Origin: a virus
Taxonomy: Duplodnaviria; Heunggongvirae; Uroviricota; Caudoviricetes
Virus record (IMG/VR): IMGVR_UViG_3300020577_007233
Span: 32,001 to 96,000 of that record
DNA: 64,000 nt
Direction: 5' to 3' (one strand)
Shown: in pieces, positions 1 through 7,722 of the stretch
Layout: every line of letters begins with the position of its first letter
Numbering within the stretch: position 1 is the first letter of the stretch
Notes under the pieces: model-generated
Told to the model about the DNA's origin: nothing
Databases searched by the model: none
What the model saw: only the letters and a program-made list of their open reading frames with translations
Translations under genes and position numbers: made by a program

Positions 1-190
1 CTGGAGGTGCGTCTTTTGCCAATTGTTCTTTAACCTTCTGTGCCTTTTGCTCAAAGGCAACTTTTTCATCAGCCACTATAACTTCTGCATAAGAAGTTTC
101 TTGGCTGTCGTCTGCTTCTTCCTTGATGTTTGAACCATCTTTAGGAATAGCGAATATTGCATCTAGTTGGTCTTGAATTGGCAATGTCAT
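1..190 (-). CDS. hypothetical protein, N-terminal part (runs off the left edge)
   Basis: ATG at 190 shortly after the stop of 208..531; open frame MTLPIQDQLDAIFAIPKDG... to position 1; not in the ORF track because it is truncated. Confidence 0.6.
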   Translation of the reverse strand, partial: MTLPIQDQLDAIFAIPKDGSNIKEEADDSQETSYAEVIVADEKVAFEQKAQKVKEQLAKDAPP

Positions 191-207
191 TACTTCATCC
201 TTATATT

Positions 208-531
208 TCAACCCAACTTGTCAAAGTCTTGCTTTTCTTCAGCAGATAATCCACGACGAGATGGTTCAGCAGAATTCATCGTTGCTGCAAAACTTGTCAT
301 TTTGAGTTCCTCGAAGACCTTCTTCGCTGTTTCATCAAAATCTTGAGTAACAAGCGTAGTCAAATTATCGCTCTTCTTTCTAAGGGTATCAATAGAATCC
401 CACTCAATCTCATGCTGATGATCGACAGTGATATCCATTGTCTCATATTTTGCAGTATTGTACTTCCGCATGATAACTTTGCGGATTGTTGATTTTCTTG
501 TTTTCGCTACTTCATTTGCTTTATCTGACAT
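208..531 (-). CDS. hypothetical protein
   Basis: 107-aa ORF co-oriented with neighbours, GGAG upstream of ATG; no recognisable motif. Confidence 0.7.
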   Translation of the reverse strand: MSDKANEVAKTRKSTIRKVIMRKYNTAKYETMDITVDHQHEIEWDSIDTLRKKSDNLTTLVTQDFDETAKKVFEELKMTSFAATMNSAEPSRRGLSAEEKQDFDKLG

Positions 532-587
532 GATTATGCTCCATTTGTATCTTGAGATCGACTACTACATTTAATCTGTCTACTGAT

Positions 588-2564
588 TCACCCAAACATA
601 TCGCCGGCTTCAACGCCTTTTTTCCTAGCTCTCTTGAGGTCTTCTCGAATGATGGTAAACTCTTTCATGATATCATCCTTTGATTTACCTCTTCCCTGCT
701 TTGGCTTAAAGAAACCAGCAGCCAGTAAAGATTCTACAGCTTTCGTATCAACAACCTTCGTATCTGTCTTTTCTGCAAAGTCTTTCAAACTCGTATAAGG
801 CTGATTCTTTTCGATATTCTCAACAGCCGCATCACTAAGGCCTTTACACTTCAAAGAAGGCATAATTTGCGATTTAGGAACTCCATTGGACGGATCTGCC
901 TTAGATGCAATGTAATATCTAGCCTTACAATCGTTGATATGTCTCTGAAGAATCTCTACATTCATTTCCTTAGCCATCTTTTCCAACGATTCTACCTTTT
1001 CATACTTTGACCTACCGATTTCAACATTGAGATAAGCAGTAAGAAATTCTTCTGGATAATTGGCCTTCAGGTATGCTGTAATGTAAGAATTGTACGCATA
1101 GCAACAAGCGTGAGCCTTATTGAAGCCGTAATCCGCAAACGGCATGATGACTCTATCCCAATAGTCTTGGGCAACTTTACCATCTATACCGTTTTCTTGC
1201 GCGCCAGAAATGAATCTAGCTCGATACTTTGCAAGCAGTTCTGGCTTCTTCTTACCAATAGCTTTGATAACAACGTAACCTTCAGGGATCGAAAAGCCTG
1301 CAACAGCGTTGCATATCTGCATGACCTGTTCTTGATAAACAAGCAGTCCATACGTCTTCTTGAGATATGGCTCAATATGCTTCCTCAAAGAAGAATGGAA
1401 GTAATCTATTGGTTCGACACCGTGCTTACGATTGCAGTAAGTAGGAACTGACTCCATAGGGCCGGGACGGTACAAAGCTATACCTGCCATGATATCATCA
1501 AGAGAGTCAACTCCCATGTTTACCATTGTCTTTTGCATTCCATGCTCTTCGCACTGGAACACTCCGACAAGCTGACCGCTCTTATAGAGATCAAACGTCT
1601 TTCGATCATCTAGAGGCAAATCGTAAACGTCAATATCTATACCATAGTTCTCTTTTACAAGCCTGCAACAATGGTTGATAACAGAAAGGGTACTAAGAGC
1701 AAGAATATCGAACTTGATAAGACCAAGCAATTCAAGATCGTTGTACTCAAACTGAGTAGCAAATGTATACTTAGGCCCATCATTTTCTTCGCCGTCTTCG
1801 CTGACAATCTTGGTCTGGCGAAGCGGCGCTATGCTTGATAGAGGCTCATTCGAAATAACAATACCGGCAGCATGCACTCCGAAAGTAGAAAGTAATCCCT
1901 CGATATTGCGAGAGTGAGTGAGGATATCTGGGTATTTGTCAACGTAGTAACGAAAATTCTTGCACCACTTGTAAGCGTCCTCGACAGTTTTGATTGCATG
2001 TTCATTGCCATCCTGATCCTTAACCTTCAAAAAGGCTCCATATTGCTCAGGGAGTGAGTCAAGAATCTCATTTCCCAACTCATTTGTTTCAACTTTCCAC
2101 TGATCATGACCTTTGAAGAAAGTTCTTTCTGGATCAACAGCCTTGATGACCCTTCTAACGAAGCTCTTCATCTTGAGGCCAGAATACGTTCCTATGTTTC
2201 CAACGTGTTCTCTTCCGTATGTATCAATAATGTACTTATAGATTTCGTTTCGATGCTCATAATCGAAATCTGAATCAATATCGGGAAAGCCCTTACGGGC
2301 AAAAGCTCGACGCTTCTGCAAGAACGAAGAACCTTCGTCTGGCTTTTTGTCAGTCATTCCAAGAGCATAAGCGGTCCATGAGTTGATCTCATTTCTCTTG
2401 CCCTTTTTGCCAGCAGAGTTTTTCCATAGTCCATGAAACTTCTGAAGAATAGGCTTTTCATCAAGCCCTTCAGTTTTTTCCATCTTTTCAAGCTCTTCTT
2501 GAACAAGAGGAAGTAACGACTTATCTTGAATAGCTTCTAGAATTTCTTCTTTAATTGTTGACAT
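588..2564 (-). CDS. dnaE: DNA polymerase III alpha (DnaE), C-terminal fragment: palm aspartates, fingers, HhH, terminal clamp-binding-like motif
   Basis: RKGFPDIDSDF, GVHAAGIVI, LIKFDILAL, GVFQCE, ALYRPGPM, YQEQVMQI, YGFNKAHA, YLKANYPEEF; ends AGDMFG; no PHP domain and no OB fold. Confidence 0.95.
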   Translation of the reverse strand: MSTIKEEILEAIQDKSLLPLVQEELEKMEKTEGLDEKPILQKFHGLWKNSAGKKGKRNEINSWTAYALGMTDKKPDEGSSFLQKRRAFARKGFPDIDSDFDYEHRNEIYKYIIDTYGREHVGNIGTYSGLKMKSFVRRVIKAVDPERTFFKGHDQWKVETNELGNEILDSLPEQYGAFLKVKDQDGNEHAIKTVEDAYKWCKNFRYYVDKYPDILTHSRNIEGLLSTFGVHAAGIVISNEPLSSIAPLRQTKIVSEDGEENDGPKYTFATQFEYNDLELLGLIKFDILALSTLSVINHCCRLVKENYGIDIDVYDLPLDDRKTFDLYKSGQLVGVFQCEEHGMQKTMVNMGVDSLDDIMAGIALYRPGPMESVPTYCNRKHGVEPIDYFHSSLRKHIEPYLKKTYGLLVYQEQVMQICNAVAGFSIPEGYVVIKAIGKKKPELLAKYRARFISGAQENGIDGKVAQDYWDRVIMPFADYGFNKAHACCYAYNSYITAYLKANYPEEFLTAYLNVEIGRSKYEKVESLEKMAKEMNVEILQRHINDCKARYYIASKADPSNGVPKSQIMPSLKCKGLSDAAVENIEKNQPYTSLKDFAEKTDTKVVDTKAVESLLAAGFFKPKQGRGKSKDDIMKEFTIIREDLKRARKKGVEAGDMFG

Positions 2565-3201
2565 TTACATTCTCCGTTGTTATTCTGGGCAAAACAACGC
2601 CAGGGCCGTACACCCAATACCCAATTTGATTATTTTGATTAGAACATCTTTTTTGTTGATTACTATATTTTAGACTATAAGAACCTAGTTTGAAATTCTT
2701 TTCCGATATTTCTAAATCACAAGAATATTCTGTTCCAGAATTATGGTAAAGTTCATTATCTATGTTTTTAACAAGCTGAATGTTTTCATTACGATAATTT
2801 TGCATAAAACTTCTACATAAATTAGCCATTTCTTCCACAAAGAAAAGCCTTCTTAAGTCAAACGAATGCTGACCCAATTCATAATAGCTTATGAGTTCTA
2901 CTTTGAAATAGTCTAGAAAATACAATCCATCTTTCGAATTAACACTAGAAGGAAAACACGGAACTGCGCAGCAATATTTACCTTCATGAAGTTTGTCATC
3001 TAAAATCATTTCAAGAAATGACTGCTCGCCAGATGTTACAAACATGCTTGGATTGCATTCAAGAACATCCTTTTCAGTAAAAAGCTTAGGACAGGTAATC
3101 AACATCGCTTCCTTAGAAACACTCCAAGGAACATCTATGTATTTATATCCATGTTTTTCATAAAATGAAATTGCTTCGACAACTATTTTGTAGTCAATCA
3201 T
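2551..3201 (-). CDS. minimal class II aminoacyl-tRNA synthetase-like protein, probably catalytically degenerate paralog
   Basis: Aligns end to end with 3214..3801 (YKYIDVPW, SGEQSFL, GKYCCAVPCF, FKVELI, LGSY, WVYGPGVVLPR), but the motif-2 Arg is replaced by Pro. Confidence 0.7.
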   Translation of the reverse strand: MIDYKIVVEAISFYEKHGYKYIDVPWSVSKEAMLITCPKLFTEKDVLECNPSMFVTSGEQSFLEMILDDKLHEGKYCCAVPCFPSSVNSKDGLYFLDYFKVELISYYELGQHSFDLRRLFFVEEMANLCRSFMQNYRNENIQLVKNIDNELYHNSGTEYSCDLEISEKNFKLGSYSLKYSNQQKRCSNQNNQIGYWVYGPGVVLPRITTENVNVNN

Positions 3202-3213
3202 TTAGCCCGCCAT

Positions 3214-3801
3214 TTAGTGAAACAATCTCGGAAGAGCAACTCCTGTTCCGTACATCCATCTGCCGCAACTAGGATGAGATCTCAGTCCATAAGAACCCAA
3301 TTCGACACCTTTGCTAGTGACAACATCGTAGTTCACAAACGTATCGCACTCATGTCTTGGATCATCTTCTGTTTGAACAAAGTCAAGCTCATCAGTAATA
3401 ACGCTACCCATAAACGCCATAGCATCATGTATCATGTCGCCAAGACCAAACTCGCTAAAATCTTGAGCAAGCGTATTGATTAACTCAACCTTGAAGAATT
3501 GAGAAAAATGCAAGCCATCTTTCTTGAGTCCGTCAAACTTTCGATAACATGGAGTTGCGCAACAGTATTTGCCCGGAGGCAGTTCTTGATTAAGAATCAT
3601 CTGCAAAAACGATTGTTCACCAGAAGCAACCATTTCTTCTTCTCGAATCGAATTTGGTTCTATACAGGTTGGAAGAGTAACTAATAAGGCTCTTTTGGAA
3701 ACAACCCAAGGAACTTCAATGTACTTGTATTCCGCAATATCTTCGTAGTAACGAATAGCCATATTGACGGCATCATAATCAATCAAGGGAAATCTACTCA
3801 T
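3214..3801 (-). CDS. minimal class II aminoacyl-tRNA synthetase-like ligase (catalytic core only)
   Basis: Motif 1-like YKYIEVPWVV, motif 2-like TPCYR...DGLH..FFKVEL, ELGSYGLR, motif 3-like YGTGVALPRL; no anticodon-binding domain (195 aa). Confidence 0.75.
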   Translation of the reverse strand: MSRFPLIDYDAVNMAIRYYEDIAEYKYIEVPWVVSKRALLVTLPTCIEPNSIREEEMVASGEQSFLQMILNQELPPGKYCCATPCYRKFDGLKKDGLHFSQFFKVELINTLAQDFSEFGLGDMIHDAMAFMGSVITDELDFVQTEDDPRHECDTFVNYDVVTSKGVELGSYGLRSHPSCGRWMYGTGVALPRLFH

Positions 3802-4046
3802 TGTCTACTCCCGTCCATAAACGCAGATCTCGTTGCATTAGACATCTTAATAAGGTCTTCGATAGTGAAAGCAGGAAGTCTAAAACTCAAATAACCCTGT
3901 ATGGCTCCGACTAAATCAGAAAGCTCAACGAGAGCCATAATCTTATTGCCCTGTTCTTCTGCGTCCTGAAGCTCTTGAAGCTCTTCTACAATCTTAGATA
4001 TCTCGCCATACTTGCCCTTTGTGATATGTCTACGATGATAGCCCAT
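3798..4046 (-). CDS. small all-alpha NTP pyrophosphohydrolase (MazG/HisE-like)
   Basis: ExxE...ExxD motif (IVEELQEL...VELSDLVGAI); start moved to MGYH at 4046, which has GGAG upstream; ATGA overlap with the aaRS-like gene. Confidence 0.7.
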   Translation of the reverse strand: MGYHRRHITKGKYGEISKIVEELQELQDAEEQGNKIMALVELSDLVGAIQGYLSFRLPAFTIEDLIKMSNATRSAFMDGSRQ

Positions 4047-4047
4047 A

Positions 4048-4899
4048 TTATTCTCCAAAACACATTGATTCAACCCCGTGCCTTTCGGCATAGGAACTTT
4101 TCTTAACAATGAGCAATTCAATCTCTCTGTCTTTCTCTTCTTCTGTTTGCATGCTTTTTGCTACAGACTTTTTATAGTAAGCAAAACCTTCCTTTTCAGG
4201 ATAAAGCTGCCTAATAGCTTCGCTGTCGTAATACGAGATTGCACAACTGCCTTTGACTGATTTTACAACACCAGCCATCTCTTTATGATCAAATCCCTTT
4301 TTCTTGTTTACATGATAGAAGTTCTTTTCAACATTTTTGTAAGGAGGGTCAAGATAAAAAAGAGCTTCTGGACAATCCCATTTTCTCATACAATCTTCGT
4401 AGTCAAGATTCTCTATGTAAACATGGCGAAGAAAAGCTGCGCATTGTTCAATAAGAGGAGGCAATCTTGCCCAAGTTAGACAAATGTTCTCGCCAGTTCT
4501 AGAAACACACCATGAACCATCTTCCTTACCAAACATGCACTGTCTGTTATAGATGAGATAGTTTCTGGCCCATTCAACAGGGTTTTCTTTCAAGAAATCT
4601 TTATCGCCTTCAATATACTCGTTGGCAAGATCAAAGTCTCTTCTACTATAAGGGGTCGTAACAACTGCGCTTAAGAACTCGTCCCTATGATCTCTAATAA
4701 CTCTAAATAGATTCCATACATGACCATCCAGGTCGTTATAGATCATTCTGTATTTGTCGTCGGGTTTAGGCATGCCATACCCAACCGCAAAACTTCCGCC
4801 AAATGGCTCGCAGTATACGGTATGAGCAGGCAAGTGTTTGATTATCCATTTACGAATTTTCACTTTACCGCCTATTCTTTTTATGATAGTGTCTGCCAT
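4048..4899 (-). CDS. DNA adenine methyltransferase, Dam/D12-class
   Basis: RIGGK, YCEPFGGS, YNDLD, IENLDY, FYLDPPY; start moved to MADT at 4899 with GAGGGGAG upstream. Confidence 0.9.
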   Translation of the reverse strand: MADTIIKRIGGKVKIRKWIIKHLPAHTVYCEPFGGSFAVGYGMPKPDDKYRMIYNDLDGHVWNLFRVIRDHRDEFLSAVVTTPYSRRDFDLANEYIEGDKDFLKENPVEWARNYLIYNRQCMFGKEDGSWCVSRTGENICLTWARLPPLIEQCAAFLRHVYIENLDYEDCMRKWDCPEALFYLDPPYKNVEKNFYHVNKKKGFDHKEMAGVVKSVKGSCAISYYDSEAIRQLYPEKEGFAYYKKSVAKSMQTEEEKDREIELLIVKKSSYAERHGVESMCFGE

Positions 4900-5420
4900 T
4901 CTCTCCCCTCGCCAAGGATCTCCCAAGTGTTTTTTCTGTAATCCACAAGTCGATAAAACTTAGCATCGGAAATGGGAACTTTTCGAACATAATCCGGTCC
5001 TCTTCTTGTATTTTCAAGAACAGGATTCAGCGGGTCATAAGCTTCATACTTTATGATAGCGATTCCCTTAAGATCTTCGCTGCAAAGAGCAAAGGTTGTA
5101 AACCTATTTCTTGAGTTCGCTTCCTTACTCTTCCTGTTAAGTACATTAACTGTATCAAACGGGAAGTACCCATTACCAAACGCCCAGTTATGCTTTATCT
5201 CTGCGCTTATGATAAGGTGTTTGCCGCCTAAATCGCATTCAATATCCCTATGATAGGGTAAATCTCTTTCTGAACCTGCCTCTGCTATCAGATTCTTGGC
5301 TCCAAGTCTGTGAAGAAGACTAAATACAGCCATCTTAGCAAGAACATCGCACTCGAAGTCTTCCTCTCGGAAGCGAGAAGCCTCTTTTCCTTTGATGCTT
5401 TTGTCAACTTGAATCATCAT
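4881..5420 (-). CDS. PD-(D/E)xK-family nuclease-like protein
   Basis: RDIECD...SAEIKHNW (D...ExK signature); likely start MMIQ at 5420, 1 nt after the dnaE-N stop. Confidence 0.55.
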   Translation of the reverse strand: MMIQVDKSIKGKEASRFREEDFECDVLAKMAVFSLLHRLGAKNLIAEAGSERDLPYHRDIECDLGGKHLIISAEIKHNWAFGNGYFPFDTVNVLNRKSKEANSRNRFTTFALCSEDLKGIAIIKYEAYDPLNPVLENTRRGPDYVRKVPISDAKFYRLVDYRKNTWEILGEGREWQTLS

Positions 5421-5421
5421 T

Positions 5422-6831
5422 TCAATACCTATCAACTCCGCCAGCATCCTCAGTAACATCTCGGTCTTCAAACAACTCGGTATTAACAACCTCTTCAATA
5501 GCTGGAACTGCTACTTCTTCGCCAAAGAAATCTTGTTCTTGAACGAAATACTTATCATCAAAACCAAGGAATCGTTCCCAAATCAAGTCATACTTCAAAG
5601 GATCTGGTCCGTAAGAAATGCCTATAGCTCTAAGAAGAACGCTAGCATAACCAGAACCTCGACCACACCCTGTTAGGATGTTCTGATCCTTAGCTTTCTG
5701 TATGTAGTCTCTAACGATCAAGAAATAAGTCGCAAAGTCATACTTGTTATTTTCCCAAGCAACTCTTACGTCCTCAAGTTCTCGCTTAAGTCTTTCAACA
5801 TGCGGAGGGCTTCTATCCCATCCCAATTTCTTCATTCCCTCCCATGAAAGGTGAGAAAGATAGTCAAACGGAGAAGCAAACCCTTCCGGCATTTTGTACC
5901 TAGGCAAACGCATGCCTGAATTCATATTGGTCCAAATGTCCTTTGCGTCAACCTTGTCAGCAACAGTTACGGTATTCAGCAAGAACTCTGGATGAGAACC
6001 AAACATAACAGCCATCTCAGCGGCTGACTTCATGTAAAATTCATGGTAAGGGAAATGCAAGTGCTTTGGATCGTGCAAGCATCTACTTGTAGACATGCAC
6101 ATAAGAATTTCTTGCGAGAGTCCGTGTTCTTTCTTGCAGTAGTGACAGTCATTGGTAGCAATAATCGGAACGTTCATGTCCTTTCCGATTTTAATGATAT
6201 CTGGAATGATCATAGCTTCTGCATCAATGCCATGATACATAACTTCCAAATGGAAGTCTTCCTTGAAGATGTCCTTGAAGATGCCAACAGCTTTCCTTGC
6301 CTCTTCAACTCTACCATGAAGAATGTTTGCGTTGATTACGCTGCTCAAGCAAGCTGAGTTGCACATAAGACCTTCGCTATGCTTGGCAAGAAGCGGAAGG
6401 TCAATACGAGGGTCAATATACCATCCCTCTGTCCAAGACTGCTGAGAAAGGGCGCAAAGATTCTGCCACCCCTTCCAGTTTTTGGCTATCAACACAAGGT
6501 GTCTATTACCCTTGCGACCCTCTGTTTGGCCTTTGATAACTTTAGTACCTTCTCTTTTTTCAGTAAAGCGAAGGTTTCTGTCTTTGGATAAGTAGAATTC
6601 GCATCCAACAATAGGCTTGATGTCAAAGTTCTTTTCTTTGTCATTCCAGCAAGATTGAATGAACTTGACTGCTCCACCGATATTTCCGTGGTCAGTTAAG
6701 GCTAGGGCTTTGAATCCCATCTCTTTTGCAGATTTAGCAAATCCTGAAAGCTTATTCAGCCCGTCAAAAGACGAGTATTCCGAGTGGTTGTGAAGATGCA
6801 CAAAATCCGCATTGGTTATCGTTCTGCTCAT
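5422..6831 (-). CDS. dnaE: DNA polymerase III alpha (DnaE), N-terminal fragment: PHP domain and start of the palm
   Basis: FVHLHNHSEYS, ALTDHGN, KPIVGCEFY, ATNDCHY, YFLIVRDYI, GCGRGSG, DPLKYDLIWERFL, then a 46-aa acidic tail and stop. Confidence 0.95.
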   Translation of the reverse strand: MSRTITNADFVHLHNHSEYSSFDGLNKLSGFAKSAKEMGFKALALTDHGNIGGAVKFIQSCWNDKEKNFDIKPIVGCEFYLSKDRNLRFTEKREGTKVIKGQTEGRKGNRHLVLIAKNWKGWQNLCALSQQSWTEGWYIDPRIDLPLLAKHSEGLMCNSACLSSVINANILHGRVEEARKAVGIFKDIFKEDFHLEVMYHGIDAEAMIIPDIIKIGKDMNVPIIATNDCHYCKKEHGLSQEILMCMSTSRCLHDPKHLHFPYHEFYMKSAAEMAVMFGSHPEFLLNTVTVADKVDAKDIWTNMNSGMRLPRYKMPEGFASPFDYLSHLSWEGMKKLGWDRSPPHVERLKRELEDVRVAWENNKYDFATYFLIVRDYIQKAKDQNILTGCGRGSGYASVLLRAIGISYGPDPLKYDLIWERFLGFDDKYFVQEQDFFGEEVAVPAIEEVVNTELFEDRDVTEDAGGVDRY

Positions 6832-6837
6832 AGTACC

Positions 6838-6866
6838 AATTCGTCATTGTACCGAACAGCCTTTTG
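6838..6866 (-). promoter_or_regulatory. candidate promoter AAAGG-N16-CGAAT upstream of dnaE-N
   Basis: Minus strand AAAAGGctgttcggtacaatgaCGAATT in one of the few intergenic gaps; similar element at about 22305-22333. Confidence 0.3.
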
Positions 6867-6875
6867 CGAAACACT

Positions 6876-7223
6876 CTACGACAAATCCAGAGTGTCTCCC
6901 TTGTTGACTGTCTCTTTCTTCATAAAGATTTCAGATGGAGAAACCGTTGAGCTTATATAGTCAATATTCTCAATAGGAACTTTCTTAACAACCAAGCTGT
7001 GAGTTGAATTGATAACAGTCAGATCAAAGGTATCTTCGGATACAAGGTTTATCCTGACCCTTTCGTGAGATGTAGGCATAGAATGGGCATCTCGCCTGTA
7101 CGAGATAGAAATATCAGTTCTTGCCTTATGGAAGTTTTGAAGCAAAGTTCTAATGGCTTCTTTGTCTTCAACTTGCTCATCAGCAATAACCTGAATTGTC
7201 ATTTGCTTACGAACGTATCTCAT
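6876..7223 (-). CDS. hypothetical protein
   Basis: 115-aa ORF in the operon, 2 nt from the upstream stop. Confidence 0.65.
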   Translation of the reverse strand: MRYVRKQMTIQVIADEQVEDKEAIRTLLQNFHKARTDISISYRRDAHSMPTSHERVRINLVSEDTFDLTVINSTHSLVVKKVPIENIDYISSTVSPSEIFMKKETVNKGDTLDLS

Positions 7224-7225
7224 GG

Positions 7226-7504
7226 TTAGCCATGCTTTCTCGGATCGAATCTTTCTCGAATGCCTTTGGTTTTGTCGCTAACCCACTTTGGCTTAGTCTT
7301 GCGTATATGATCTCGAACATCAGAGCATCTTTCCCAAGCTGGTCTGCCATCTCTAACCGATGGGGCCGAAATAGCACGCCTAACAGCCTTGCCTGTTTCA
7401 GGGTGCTTTACTAGAGCTTCATCGCTCATTTTCTGCAAAATCTCAAAGCGTTCACCAGTTGGCTCGCCTTTGTCATCGAGGATTTCATACTCATAGAATG
7501 GCAT
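7226..7504 (-). CDS. FmdB-family regulatory-type protein (cysteine-less zinc-ribbon variant)
   Basis: MPFYEYE...GERFEILQKMSDEAL.KHPETG..VRRAISAP matches the FmdB pattern MPxYEY.C..CG..FE..Q.MSD..L..CP.CG...R.IS with the Cys residues replaced. Confidence 0.75.
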   Translation of the reverse strand: MPFYEYEILDDKGEPTGERFEILQKMSDEALVKHPETGKAVRRAISAPSVRDGRPAWERCSDVRDHIRKTKPKWVSDKTKGIRERFDPRKHG

Positions 7505-7722
7505 TATCTACTATAACCTTCACACTGAGCAACTATTGATGCTCCGCCTTTTTTCTTGTAAACCTTCCAGTTTACCTTTGAGCCAAATACGGTGACACTA
7601 ACTGGCTCTATTGGATTAGAGCAATCTTTTGTTTCGCAGTTATTACAAAGAGGAACAATTGGACCCATTGGGCCAATTGGCAGTCTATCAAGCGGGATTA
7701 GTTTGCACTTATAGTTGTTCAT
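7504..7722 (-). CDS. small Cys-rich hypothetical protein
   Basis: CNNCETKDC plus a distal Cys; TAATG and ATGA overlaps with neighbours. Confidence 0.6.
   Translation of the reverse strand: MNNYKCKLIPLDRLPIGPMGPIVPLCNNCETKDCSNPIEPVSVTVFGSKVNWKVYKKKGGASIVAQCEGYSR

Noticed and set aside
2551-3801. Bona fide tRNA-charging synthetases (Ser/Phe/Lys-RS)
   Set aside because: Only about 200 aa, with no anticodon-binding or tRNA-binding arm, and no tRNA genes in the window.
2565-5421. Group I/II intron removing the genes between the dnaE halves
   Set aside because: The interval is filled by coupled ORFs with no room for a ribozyme core and no RT/maturase, and both halves have their own extensions, start and stop. 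Not formally excluded without RNA data.
2290-5560. Split intein joining the dnaE halves
   Set aside because: No Cys/Ser-initiated block A after ERFLG, no TxxH block B, and no His-Asn followed by Cys/Ser/Thr before RKGFPDID.
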